From Eledone cirrhosa (Eukaryota), in NCBI GenBank assembly GCA_964016885.1, contig OZ024741.1:60450001-60514000 (forward strand): DNA of 64,000 bases, read 5' to 3'. Shown here piece after piece: positions 15,776-34,944 of this stretch (positions within the stretch are counted from its first letter, which is position 1; each line of letters opens with the position of its first letter). The notes beneath the pieces are model-generated. The model ran no database searches, had not been told where the DNA came from, and saw nothing but the letters and a program-made list of their open reading frames with translations. Position numbers and translations under genes: made by a program.

Positions 15776-15885
<110 letters not shown>

Positions 15886-15901
15886 TATATATATATATAT
15901 G

Positions 15902-18595
<2,694 letters not shown>

Positions 18596-19202
18596 CTTGA
18601 TATATTTCTTTTTTCTTTTTTCTTTTTTCTTTTCTTTTTATTTCTAAGTTTATAGATACATCTATAAATAGGCAGTCTGCCGAAACCGTTGAATACTGAC
18701 CTCTCCCCCCCCCCTCCCACCTAATTTCTGTATCCTGATCTAAATATGTGTTGCAGTGTTTATGTGCGTGCATTAATGTCCATATGCTTATGATAATACT
18801 ATATGCACATATATATGTGTGTGGGTGTGTGTGTGTGTATGTATGTTCGTAGTTATGTGTATGTTTATGCATATACGCGCGTGTGTGTGTGAGTGTACGA
18901 ATATGTGTGAGTATATGAATGTGTCTATACATTTATTTCATATTTATGTGTCTATACGCATTTTATCTGTGGATTATAGACTTACAGAGACATTAGCCTT
19001 GAATTTTTGTATTTGCATACATCTTTTTGGCATGCGTATGCATGTGAACATATATCTTTATGTAAATATGTGTACGAAGTTAATTACATGTATATACACA
19101 CACCAAACTGCATAAAATTTTTTGTATTTTCATTGGTCAATTTGAACTCTGTTCCCAAACGGACCTGAAATTTTGAATTGTTGTTATTATCAATAAATAT
19201 AT

Positions 19203-19357
19203 TTCATTATTTCTGAAGACGGCATATATATGTGTTTGGTATGTATATTTAATTTTGATAGTTTGTATAATTTTGTATAATTTTGTACATAGATCTGTTG
19301 AATATGCATGCCAATTCTAACACATATATATCCTAGAAACGATCGTTAAATAATGAA
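19203..19357 (+). ncRNA. Type I hammerhead motif with ~115-nt extended stem II domain
   Basis: TTCATTATTT-CTGAAGA-cGGcATATATATGTGTT...AACACATATATATCCta-GAAA-CGATCG-TT-AAATAATGAA; perfect 10-bp stem I, palindromic ACGATCGT. Confidence 0.85.
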
Positions 19358-19411
19358 CTTTTGTTGTTTAATATAAGGAACTGTTTCATTGTTTTATTCA
19401 TTATTTTTTTA

Positions 19412-19502
<91 letters not shown>

Positions 19503-19509
19503 GTATAGG

Positions 19510-19582
<73 letters not shown>

Positions 19583-19595
19583 GTACATATACGTA

Positions 19596-19651
<56 letters not shown>

Positions 19652-19661
19652 TATATATATG

Positions 19662-19692
<31 letters not shown>

Positions 19693-19711
19693 GTATATAT
19701 ATATATATAAA

Positions 19712-20156
19712 TGAAATAATTCCATCGGAAAAGTCCAGGAAAAAAGAGTGCTCTATGTAGGCAACAGAGCTTAATTATTATTATTATGTAATAAACAACA
19801 TAAGGCAATTATTCCATTTACCAGTGGTTTCTTAAAAGCAAAAGGTTTTGCTTTCAATCCTCAGAATTAAAAAATCATGGTTTGTTTATTGAATTTGGAT
19901 AATAAAAACAAAAATGCAATCTATATGAAAGTGAGGCTGGAGAAGGGAGAAGGAAAGGAAAAATAAAATAAAACTACACATGCAAACACACACACAAAAA
20001 AACCCAAAAGCATACTTACACACACATACATATATACATATATATGTACGCATACATATATACATATACACATATATACACACATATACACATACATACA
20101 TTAATACATATACACACACACACACACATACAGACACACACACACACACACATACA

Positions 20157-20206
<50 letters not shown>

Positions 20207-20226
20207 TACACACACACATATATATA

Positions 20227-20279
<53 letters not shown>

Positions 20280-21128
20280 ATTATTATGTAATAAACAATA
20301 TAAGGCAATTATTCCATTTACCAGTGGTTTCTTAAAAGCAAAAGGTTTTGCTTTCAATCCTCAGAATTAAAAAATCCTGGTTTGTTTATTGAATTTGGAT
20401 TTTAAAAAAACAAAAATGCAATCTATATGAAAGTGAGGCTGGAGAGGGGAGAAGGAAAGGAAAAATAAAATAAAATAAAACTACACATGCAAACACACAC
20501 ACAAAAAGACACAAAAGCATACTTAAAACGTACACTTACATACACATACATATATATACACACATATACACATACATACATTCATACACACACGCACACA
20601 CGCACACGCACACACACACACACACACACACATAGACGCACACATATATATGTACATATATATATATATATATAGATATATAGATATATATATACATATA
20701 CACACATACACATACACACACATACACATGTGTGTGTACAAGCATACACATACACAAACATAGCCATACACACACACATATATACATACATACATTCACA
20801 CAAACATACAAAACGTACATACATACACATACATGAATGCACTCCTCTACATATTCACACACGCAAATAAATAAATATAAGAAAAAAATATATATATATA
20901 TTTAAAAAAATGTTTGACATCGTTACATGCCCCAGCTAACAGGACAGACACGCGTGGTAAGTAATACACACAAAAGCACGTATACATACGTACGAAATAG
21001 TAAACACATACACACACTCTCACACATAAATATACATATACAAATACATAAACACATACATACATATACATACACAAACACGCACACGTATACAATATAA
21101 ACGCACACACATGTATATGTAATTATAT

Positions 21129-21169
<41 letters not shown>

Positions 21170-21286
21170 CAAAAATATAAACGCACACACACACACACAC
21201 ATATACGTATACACACATATACATACATAGCTAAACAATTATACACATGCAAAAACGTATATATCAAAAACACGCACAACCAAATA

Positions 21287-21322
<36 letters not shown>

Positions 21323-21347
21323 AATATATATAAATACACACACACAT

Positions 21348-21420
<73 letters not shown>

Positions 21421-22425
21421 TACACACATACGTACATATACACATAAGCATACACATACACACACACATATACATGTGTGTATGTGTAAAACTCAGTCTT
21501 AGATAAGACAAATGAACTTTACATAAACGTATATATAGTAGTAAAGTAATAAAGCAACATAAGGCAATTATTCCATTCACCAGAGGTTTCTTAAAAGCAA
21601 AAAATGTTTCCTTCAATCTTCAGAATGAAAAAAACCTGGTTTATCCACATATACATACATATACACACACAAATATACATATATATACACATACACATAC
21701 ACACACATACACATATACATATATATATATATATACATACATACATATATACATATATACATATATATACACATATATATACACACAAAAATACATACAC
21801 ATACACATAGGTATGTGAAGGGCAAAACAAAAAGAATATATGGGGGGGGGGGGCATAAGAGGAGGAAAAATATAAGGGGAGGTAAGGGAGAAAATTTTTT
21901 TTTTAAATATACAAGTGTACAGAACGTAGAATCAGCAAAATAAAAACCGTAGCAGAAGTAAAGAGCAGAAAAGGAGTTCAAGGCGGTTGATTTATCATAG
22001 GAGTGTCAATCCAGTTACAGATCAGATGCGATTTCAGATGAGGACAGCATCTGAAGATCTCAGTCTTTGAGTTAAGGCAAGCGGAAGTGGCTCTCAAGTT
22101 TAGCAAAATCCTATACTTTTCTGTGGTACACAAAGAACAATTCTTTGTGCCCCTTTGGTACTCCCTCGAATGGTCTAATATAGACCAATCAATAGAGTAC
22201 GGGATGTTACTATACTTGAGATCCCATACCTTACTTGCGAGGGCCGTTGATGTTCGTTTATCGGAGTGCTTAAAAGAAGCGACATGTGAGTAAAATCTGG
22301 TTTTAAACCTGTCCTGGGTCATACCGACATATCGCTCACTCCTTTTGCATGTGTATAATTGTTTAGCTATGTATGTATATGTGTGTATACGTATATGTGT
22401 GTATGTGTGTGTGCGTTTATATTTT

Positions 22426-22498
<73 letters not shown>

Positions 22499-22929
22499 AT
22501 TTAATTACATATACATGTGTGTGTGTTTATATTGTATACGTGTGCGTGTTTGTGTATGTATGTGTATGTATGTGTTTATGTATTTGTATATGTATATTTA
22601 TGCGTGAGAGTGTGTGTATGTGTTTACTATTTCGTACGTATGTATACGTGCTTTTGTGTGTATTACTTACCACGCGTGTCTGTCCTGTTAGCTGGTTCAT
22701 GTAACGATGTCAACATTTTTTTAAAAATATATATATATTTTTTTTTTTCTTATATTTATTTATTTGCGTGTGTGAATATGTAGAGGAGTGCATTCATGTA
22801 TGTGTATGTATGTACGTTTTGTATGTTTGTGTGAATGTATGTATGTATATATGTGTGTGTGTATGGCTATGTTTGTGTATGTGTATGCTTGTATACACAC
22901 ATGTGTATGTGTGTGTATGTGTATGTGTG

Positions 22930-22969
<40 letters not shown>

Positions 22970-23410
22970 TATATATATGTGTGTGTGTGTATGTGTGTGT
23001 GTGTGTGTGTGTGCGTGTGCGTGTGTGTGTGTGTATGAATGTATGTATGTGTATATGTGTGTATATATGTGTATGTGTATGTAAGTGTACGTTTTAAGTA
23101 TGCTTTTGTGTCTTTTTGTGTGTGTGTTTGCATGTGTAGTTTTATTTTATTTTATGTTTCCTTTCCTTCTCCCTTCTCCAGCCTCACTTTCATATAGATG
23201 GCATTTTTGTTTTTTTTAAATCCAAATTCAATAAACAAACCAGGATTTTTTCATTTTGAGGATTGAAAGCAAAACCTTTTGCTTTTAAGAAACCACTGGT
23301 AAATGGAATAATTGCCTTATGTTGTTTATTACATAATAATAATAATTAAGCTTTGTTGCCTACATAGAGCACTCTTTTTTCCAGGACTTTTCGGATGGAA
23401 TTACTTCATT

Positions 23411-23448
<38 letters not shown>

Positions 23449-23890
23449 CACACATACACATACACACACATATACATGTGTGTGTACAAGCATACACATA
23501 CACAAACATAGCCATACACACACATATATATATACACATACATACATTCACACAAACATACAAAACGTACATACATACACATACATGAATGCACTCCTCT
23601 ACATATTCACACACGCAAATAAATATAAGAAAAAAATATATATATATATATATTAAAAAATTGTTGACACCGATACATGAGGCAGCTAACAGGACAGACA
23701 CGCGTGGTAAGTAATACACACAAAAGCACGTATACATACGTACGAAATAGTAAACACATACACACACTCTCACACATAAATATACATAAACAAATACAAA
23801 AACACATACATACACATACATACACAAACACGCACACGTATATAATATAAACACACACACATGTATATGTAATTATATACACACACACAC
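19712..23890 (-). mobile_element. PLE insertion with tandem and inverted pseudo-LTR copies and four hammerhead motifs (19816-19867 -, 20316-20367 -, 21574-21627 -, 23252-23305 +)
   Basis: ~20275-21255 is mirrored by ~22345-23345; 19712-19800 is mirrored by ~23320-23410; ~23440-23890 directly repeats ~20690-21140; motif ATT-CTGAGGA-TTGAAAGCAAAA cc TTTTGCTTTTAA-GAAA-CCACTGG-TA-AAT; GIY-YIG remnant at the centre. Confidence 0.85.
21978..22340 (-). pseudogene. PLE GIY-YIG endonuclease fragment (open frame, 5'-truncated)
   Basis: YVGMTQDRFKTRFYSH...STALASKVWDLK...YSIDWSILDHS...CSLCTTEKYRIL...LNSKTEIFRCCPH. Confidence 0.92.
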
Positions 23891-25224
23891 TTATATATAT
23901 ATATATATATATATATAGTATTAATTGTACTATTTATGGTTATGAAAATACAAAAACCTTTTGCAGTTATATGTATTTTTTATACAAACCCTAAATAGTG
24001 GTAGGCAGTAATGTATTACTATCTTATTACCAGTAAGTTAAGTAGCTCAATGTAAAAACATCAGATGATTTACAGAGCAGTTATATGAAATATAAGAATC
24101 AAAGAACTGTTCAAAACATTATTGTGCTTACAGCTGGTTCCTCCAAACCGAGGTTTGGATTATTCGGAGCAATTTATTAATGAATGGACAGTTATATGAC
24201 CTCCTTTTCAGCCAAGAGACATACCGATACACATGCAGATATTGTGGGTCAACATTCATTACAGCATTTAGAGTGGCAGTACACATTTCGAGATTACATT
24301 CATAATAAAAGGTACAATCAAAAATCAAAAATACAGGTTAAAATACATGAAGATAAGCGGTTATATAGTGCAATGTGATATGTGTGGCAAGCACGTGCGT
24401 CTTGTTTATATAGTGTGGCAGAGAGATATGTGTGGTAGGAGCACTTAGGTAGATAAAGAAGAGTGTTAGGTTGGTTGATCTGGTGGCAAATTCTTTATAT
24501 GATTGTTATAGTCTGTGTGTGGAGAAATGATATAAGCATTAAAAATAGTGCAAGCATTAAAAATATTAAACGTATTGGAGATGCACAGCGAAGGGATGAT
24601 AAGGACCTCATGTACTTCGACATTTTCATGGTCAGGGGAGTGTATTCTTCGATTATATGCCCCTCACATAATCCACGGCAATTCTATATTGAGCGTTTGA
24701 CAATCCAGTTAGAGAATCGTAGTCCGATGTTCTTTAGTTCAATACAGGAGGCTGTTACGTTTCGCGAAACGACATTGAATACTACCCGGAAGTGTGTGTG
24801 TGGCTAAGGGGAGTTAATGCATGGGGGGAGGTAACTCCGGGGTTTCTATACCTAGCTATTGAAATGTCTCAATATGGACCCTAATTTCTATGGTTATGCG
24901 CAACTTCTAAAAAATTTCTAAAGCATAAAGTGTTTTAACTATAGAGTAGTTTATTAAGTTGTGCTGAAGGTGTTCGTATTATTATGGTGAATTAACCCCC
25001 ATCCTAGGGTGCCACAAATGAATATTATAGACGATGAGCGAGGATTTTAAATTAATGATCTCTGTGGTTGTAGTCTACTCATAGGGCCAGGCGCGGTGAT
25101 TGCAGAATCACTTCAAGACACAATGATCTCTGGTAAGTTCTGGGTCATCGCTTGCTACATTGGATGTCGAAAGATAATCATCATCAGGGCCGGCCAGAGG
25201 GCAATCCGCAGTCCTCATGACCCC

Positions 25225-25415
25225 ACTCTGACCATCAAATCATCCATATATGTACAACCCGCACGCCAGTTGCAATACATTCATTCTCTGCACTCAGCCT
25301 CCTGGTCCTACTGGTCAACAGCGTTACTAGATTAAATCGTTTTTCATCTCTAGGGAAGGCACTTCCTCCGCACAACACCACCAAACTAATCAATTCAAGA
25401 GACTATCCGGATGGC
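25225..25415 (+). pseudogene. Highly decayed PLE reverse transcriptase thumb remnant
   Basis: TIKSSIYVQPARQLQYIHSLHS...TRLNRFSS...RDYP resembles the PLE Y.KP...LQYIH..S.HP...R...RGYP pattern; hammerhead follows at 25484. Confidence 0.5.
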
Positions 25416-25483
25416 CTCCAAAAATAACGGTCACCTTTTTGAAAGGGTACGTCAATATCTATTTGTAAAACTGTTATATATTG

Positions 25484-25548
25484 TATTTTGTCTGATGAAG
25501 GCATACCATGATTTAACTTGGTATCCTTGAAATATATATAATGAAATA
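25484..25548 (+). ncRNA. Type I hammerhead motif
   Basis: TATTTTGT-CTGATGA-AGGcATACCA tgatttaact TGGTATCCTt-GAAA-TATATA-TA-ATGAAATA. Confidence 0.88.
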
Positions 25549-25584
25549 AATATGGTTTTATAAATATAGTTTCCATTTATTAAT

Positions 25585-25635
<51 letters not shown>

Positions 25636-25773
25636 GTGAGGTTTTTTTTACAAAATGAAAAATAATCGAGGTGTCCTACACGAATGGAAGTATAAAGAAA
25701 AAGGGATGAAATCGAAAATGCAACTGAAGTCTTATTTTTTTTTTTTTTTTTAAATATATATATTTATTTGGTT

Positions 25774-25811
25774 CCTTTACCGGTTTCGCAGTTCTTCTGC
25801 TTTTCAAAAGG
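25774..25811 (-). ncRNA. Minimal U3:A8 hammerhead motif inside a small inverted-repeat element (25691-25884)
   Basis: Minus strand CCTT-TTGAAAA-GCAG aagaa CTGC-GAAA-CCGG-TA-AAGG; identical to 33542-33579; 44-bp inverted repeats at 25691-25734 and 25841-25884. Confidence 0.82.
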
Positions 25812-25879
25812 TGAGTTGAGATGGAGGGTCTGTGGTTTTTCTAAGACTTCAGTTGCATTTTCGATTTCATCCCTTTTTC

Positions 25880-25910
<31 letters not shown>

Positions 25911-26004
25911 AAGTTTCCGTTGAAAATTGAAAAAGTCATAGGAGTGAAGAGTGCTCTATGCAAGTTACAGAGCTAATTTTAATGTATAATAAACAATACA
26001 ATAT

Positions 26005-26082
26005 AATTACCTCATTACCAGAGGTTTCCCGAATGAGACGAATACAAGAAACGTCCTCATTCGTTCATCAGACAAGGCAATT
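26005..26082 (-). ncRNA. Type I hammerhead motif at the 5' edge of a ~175-bp PLE terminal fragment (25908-26082); sister copy 29748-29898 has G8A
   Basis: Minus strand AATTGCCTTGT-CTGATGA-aCGAATGAGgACG...CGTCTCATTCGg-GAAA-CCTCTGG-TA-ATGAGGTAATT; 11-bp stem I including GU pairs. Confidence 0.88.
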
Positions 26083-26104
26083 TATATATATATATATATA
26101 TATG

Positions 26105-27441
26105 TATGGGAGAAAGTTATAGCTCACTTGAAGCATTGTGTAATGCGGTATAAACGTTTGTATATGTATAACAAACCCAAAACAATGCAGGTATGGACAT
26201 AGAATAAAGAATGCAAATGCAAAAGATATTGTTGAGAATTAGTCTTTTAACTTAGATTTATTTAAATGTCCTTAATTTTCGAGATAATATCTCTTCTTCG
26301 GAGGGAAGTAAAGCGGTTAAACCAGTGTTCTAAATAGCTTGCCAAGTCATGATGACAGGAAGTTGTATACAGTATCTATTCTGTCTCTAATGTCAAAGAG
26401 TTAAGGTTAGGTGGATAACGAGTAGTCTCCCTTTAAAAGGCGTTTTATTGTACATGCCTGTTTAAGTGTGTGGGGGAATGCGTGAAGGTGTAAGTATGTG
26501 TGTGTGTGTGAGTTTGAGAAGATATGTCTATACGTAAATGTAAGGGATAGATGTTACCTCGTGTTAGAACTGGTCTTTGTGTGTGTATGTGTGTGTGTGA
26601 GAGAGAATAAGTGGAGGTGTAAGCGTGTGTTTGTATGTGTGTGTGTGTGTGGGAGGGGGGTGTAAATATGGGGCTAGATGCTCTATCAAGTTATAAATTG
26701 GGTGTTGAGTTCTAGTCTATTATTGATTGGTGGTTGTTTTGTCTATAATTAGTGCTTCCTTAATTCTAAGATTGCCGAGGTTTCTTTCTTTAGTTTCTAT
26801 CCTAACTGTTATGGTTTTGTCGGTGTTTTTGCATTTAACTAGGTGTTACTTAAATGAGGAAGCGTTAGTATTGAGGTGTTCTTTTATTCTTATGTGGAGT
26901 GGTCTGGTGGTGCTATCTACGTAGAAGTTGGTGCATTTGTCGCACTCTAGTCTGTATACGACGTAAGCCTGGTGGCATAGGTCTGTGTCGTTGATGGGGT
27001 AGTTGGCTAGCCTGCAGCGGTTGTCATGTCTGGTGGAGTGTCTTTTGGTTAGCTGTCCGCGTAGAGAAGGACCTGAGTGGGCCAGTTGGATATCTAGTCC
27101 CTCTCGTCTGATAGCTATGCGGATGGCTGTTGTTGTTTCGTCACTGAGGTGTGGGAGCTTCAGTAAGCAAGTGTTAGTGGCTCGGGTGTGGTGTCCTCTG
27201 TTCTCTCTGGCACGGTTTGTGGTGGATGTCGTGTATCCGTTCAGTTTGAGTACTTCCAGGAAATGTGTGGTGTGTGTGTCTCGGTCTCTAGCGTCGGTGC
27301 ATTTGTTGCGGATACGTGGTAGTTCGTTCCTTATGTATCCGAACTTAGCGACGGCTGGGAGGGCCGAACTGAAATGTACGAACTGTTCGTACATTTCAGA
27401 TCGGCCCTCCCAGCCGGCGCTAAGTTCGGATACATAAGGAA
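26105..27441 (-). mobile_element. 5'-truncated PLE (second protein type) with 3' hammerhead-like motif at 26270-26304 and short fold-back at the truncation point
   Basis: ORF remnant below; CCT-CCGAAGA-aGAGAT att ATCTC-GAAA-AT-TA-AGG; 27327-27368 is mirrored by 27401-27441. Confidence 0.85.
26700..27394 (-). pseudogene. PLE RT thumb + Cys-rich linker + GIY-YIG endonuclease remnant
   Basis: HFSSALP...GYIRNEL.RIRNKC...LKLNGY...LKLPHLSDE...VVYRLECDKCTNFYVDSTTRPLHIRIKEH, continuing past a stop as HLVKC...LRIKEALII. Confidence 0.9.
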
Positions 27442-27462
27442 AGAACTATTTTGAATATCAGT

Positions 27463-28155
27463 CCAATTTACATATCGAATGGGTTAATCGGCCGGGTGCA
27501 CAGTAAACGATAAACGGAAAAAATGAAACGAAATTAAATGCCGTTAATATGCATAAGGTAAGTATATACGTTCAACAATCTGGCAGGAAGGTATACGTTG
27601 CTAACGATAGATAACAAGCTTGAAGCTAGTACAGCGTTCCTTTGTCAGTGTTGAACAAACGAGCAACGATGGTTGCTGGACACTACGGCTTAATACGGGA
27701 TGTTTGTTTACAAACACACCGAGCATTAGAATAAATGTTCGGTGAATCCATACGTTCATATATATATGTGTGCATGTATATATATATATATATATATATA
27801 CATACTACTGTACGTCTGTATACATATATGTATGTACGTGTACATACTTATATTTAAGTAACAGCCGTACTGAGAGTGGGATATGAAATTTCGTTTCATT
27901 TTGTCCGTATATCGTTTTCGGTGCACCCGGCCGATTAACCCACTCGATATGAAAATTGGGCTACTCAGCCGTTAATATGCATAAGGTAAGTATATACGTT
28001 CAACAATCTGGCAGGAAGGTATACGTTGCTGACGATAGCTAACAAGCTTGAAACTAGTACAGCGTTCCTTGGTCAGTGCTGAAAAAACGAGCAACGATGG
28101 TTGCTTGACAATACGGCTTAATACGGGATGTTTGTTTACAAACACACCGAGCATT
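27463..28155 (+). mobile_element. PLE pseudo-LTR pair (direct copies 27540-27727 and 27968-28155; inverted block 27463-27534 vs 27887-27959)
   Basis: GCCGTTAATATGCATAAGGTAAGTATATACGTTCAACAATCTGGCAGG...AAACACACCGAGCATTA is repeated; both copies carry a hammerhead motif. Confidence 0.82.
28024..28064 (+). ncRNA. Minimal type I hammerhead motif; mutated copy at 27596-27636
   Basis: CGTTG-CTGACGA-tAGCT aaca AGCTt-GAAA-CTAG-TA-CAGCG; ACTAGT palindrome. Confidence 0.88.
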
Positions 28156-28198
28156 ATAATAATATGTATATATATATGTATATATATCTATCTATTTA

Positions 28199-28273
<75 letters not shown>

Positions 28274-28304
28274 AGTGTAATTTTCTACACAAAACGAAGG
28301 TTAT

Positions 28305-29749
<1,445 letters not shown>

Positions 29750-29942
29750 AGTCATAGGAGTGAAGAGTGCATTATGCAAGTTACAGAGGTAAATTTAATG
29801 TATATTAAACAATACAATATAATTACCTCATTACCAGAGGTTTCCCAAACGAGACGAATACAATAAACGTCCTCATTCGTTTGTCAGACAAGGCAATTTA
29901 TATACATATATATATATATGTATATATATATGTATATATATG

Positions 29943-31228
<1,286 letters not shown>

Positions 31229-32331
31229 GGCTATAGCACCCCACTTGCCGATTTTGCAATGGGTAACCCCTGCTTGCCAAGGAAGACGTAAGATCTTCTT
31301 TGTATTCTTTTATCGCTTCCTTTATTTCCTTCCCCCCTCTCTCCTTAGTCCTTCTACCCCAGCTCTTCTCCTTTGTCGGCGTCTTTTCTCGCCCACCCGA
31401 GGCTGCCCTTTGGCCCCATGTAGCCTTAGTACCCCCACCACACCCTCCCCTAGTCTATGATAGATTTGGCGGACTCCGCCCTTTATAGCAGTTGGCTTAG
31501 ACCCCGGATACTTGCCCCCTTTTTCCGACCGCTCCCACTATTCTCGGTGCCCTCTATATTTCTTAGTGGCACTTATGCCTTATTTTTTCGTTTCAGTATT
31601 TCTTGCTTCGCTTTTCTTCTGGGCGGGGTGGATTCTGAATTTATTTCTCCGTATTCTACCTTTATTTCGTACGAACTTTCATGTAGCTTGTTTTAGATCT
31701 TTTAGAGTTAGCATTAGTATATATTTTTCTCGGGACTCAGAATTATTATCTCGTACAAGTTCACTTTGCTGCACTGGGTCGTTGCTGGCCCGGGATGGAA
31801 ACCTTTATTGTTTATTTCGTGGTAGTCTCTTTAGTATTTTGGCCCCTTTTGTTGACCCGTCACCGTATCATTTACGTACTTATACCTCTTAAAAGGGTCC
31901 TTGCATATTCCGTCCCACCTAGTTCTTTTACTTATTTCGTTATTTCTTTATTTATTTATTTCTTTACTTCTTTCTATCTTTATTTTATTCTAGCCTAACA
32001 ATAGCCTGAGACCTAGGTCGTAGAATTTAATTTACTTTACTTTTTTCTTTACACTTATTTGCTTTTCTTCACTCTCAGTATTTTTTCTTTCCTATATATT
32101 TCTACCCCCCATTGTTCTACCTACCGTTCCGACTTCCTCCCCCTCCCCCTCCCCTGTATCTTCTTTGACCTCATGCCCACTTGTAGCTGGCACTACCAAC
32201 GCTTGATTGGGTCTACTCCACCCCCTCCCCTCTTTCTCCTACTGGCAGGTTTAGCCACCATCTCCCCTACTAATTTGCAACCACAGAATTACTACTGATT
32301 TTTGACAATCACTTTGACCATAAATGGAATT

Positions 32332-32425
32332 ACCCCTTGAGAAGATCGGCTATTTAAATACCAGGATAAATTTTCATTTAGTCCAGAATTAGCCGTCGAA
32401 ACGGCTTGAGCTCAGCTGTCGGGGT
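32332..32425 (+). ncRNA. U3:A8 type I hammerhead motif in PLE 3' end
   Basis: ACCCC-TTGAGAA-GAtCGGCTA...TAGCCGTC-GAAA-CGGC ttgagctca GCTG-TC-GGGGT; loop III contains the palindrome TGAGCTCA. Confidence 0.85.
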
Positions 32426-32517
32426 CTTACTGGTTCCTATTACCCACTCTACTACCTCAAGTATCGAGTACTTTGGTGCGTTATGGTCCACCTGGTTCCT
32501 TACCACATTTCCTTCGT

Positions 32518-32640
<123 letters not shown>

Positions 32641-32645
32641 ATATA

Positions 32646-32721
<76 letters not shown>

Positions 32722-32799
32722 CATGAATATATATATATGTATATATATATATATCTATGTGTATATATATATGTATATATATATATATATATGTATATT

Positions 32800-32830
<31 letters not shown>

Positions 32831-32980
32831 ATATAAATATATATGTATATGTATATATGTGTGTATATAAATAAATATATATATATGTGTGTATATATAT
32901 ATATGTATATATATATATACGTGTATATATATATAAATATATATATGTGTTTGTATATATAAATATTCATATATATATAC

Positions 32981-33040
<60 letters not shown>

Positions 33041-33103
33041 ATGTGTATACATATATATGTGCGTATATATATATATATATGTAGATATATATACATAAAT
33101 ATA

Positions 33104-33150
<47 letters not shown>

Positions 33151-33166
33151 ATATATATATATATAT

Positions 33167-33219
<53 letters not shown>

Positions 33220-33242
33220 CATATATATATATATATATATAC

Positions 33243-33273
<31 letters not shown>

Positions 33274-33285
33274 TATGTATATATT

Positions 33286-33385
<100 letters not shown>

Positions 33386-33401
33386 TCTATATATATGTAG
33401 G

Positions 33402-33442
<41 letters not shown>

Positions 33443-33473
33443 GTATATGCATATATATGTATATATATATATA

Positions 33474-33522
<49 letters not shown>

Positions 33523-33541
33523 GTATATATATATAAACTCA

Positions 33542-33579
33542 CCTTTTGAAAAGCAGAAGAACTGCGAAACCGGTAAAGG
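33542..33579 (+). ncRNA. 38-nt minimal U3:A8 hammerhead motif in a ~120-bp island (33535-33655)
   Basis: CCTT-TTGAAAA-GCAG aagaa CTGC-GAAA-CCGG-TA-AAGG. Confidence 0.82.
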
Positions 33580-33655
33580 AACCAAATAAATATATATATT
33601 TAAAAAAAAACTAAGTCTCCAGTTGCATTTTCGATTTCATCTCTTTTTCTTTATA

Positions 33656-33699
<44 letters not shown>

Positions 33700-33719
33700 G
33701 GACAATTTGAACAGGAACA

Positions 33720-33771
<52 letters not shown>

Positions 33772-33880
33772 GTATATATATACATATATGTATATATATA
33801 CATATATGTATATATATATATCTATGTGTATATATATACATATATGTATATATATATATCTATGTGTATATATATATATG

Positions 33881-33925
<45 letters not shown>

Positions 33926-33994
33926 ATATATATATATATATGTATATATATGTGTGTGTGTGTATACAGATATATGTGTATATATATATATATA

Positions 33995-34060
<66 letters not shown>

Positions 34061-34070
34061 ATGTATATAC

Positions 34071-34103
<33 letters not shown>

Positions 34104-34153
34104 CATCTATATATATATATGTATATATATATGTATATACATATGTATATATT

Positions 34154-34214
<61 letters not shown>

Positions 34215-34237
34215 ATATGTGTGTGCGTGTGTGTATA

Positions 34238-34280
<43 letters not shown>

Positions 34281-34321
34281 ATATATATATATATATATGT
34301 GTGCGTGTGTGTATATATATG

Positions 34322-34491
<170 letters not shown>

Positions 34492-34535
34492 TATATGTAT
34501 ATATATATGTATATATAGATATATATGTTTATATA

Positions 34536-34583
<48 letters not shown>

Positions 34584-34628
34584 TATATAAACATATATAT
34601 CTATATATACATATATATATACATATAG

Positions 34629-34709
<81 letters not shown>

Positions 34710-34711
34710 TA

Positions 34712-34796
<85 letters not shown>

Positions 34797-34798
<2 letters not shown>

Positions 34799-34940
34799 AC
34801 ACACTAGAAGAGGAAGACCAAGGTTAACGTATGCTGATGCCCTAAGGACAGACACTGGTCTGTTGGAGATGCAAGACATGGCAGCGATAATGAGGGACAG
34901 AGACCCCTGGAGAGAACTCGTCCATGGATCTCGGGAATTT
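34797..34940 (+). pseudogene. RTE-like LINE C-terminal remnant
   Basis: Manual translation [42 protein letters not shown] matches the RGRP...D...DR..WR tail of RTE-group ORFs. Confidence 0.7.
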
Positions 34941-34944
34941 TACC

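Noticed and set aside
26700-27394. Selenoprotein-type (Naiad) PLE with recoded stop
   Set aside because: The endonuclease is C-terminal rather than N-terminal, and the in-frame stop at 26846 is TAA, not TGA
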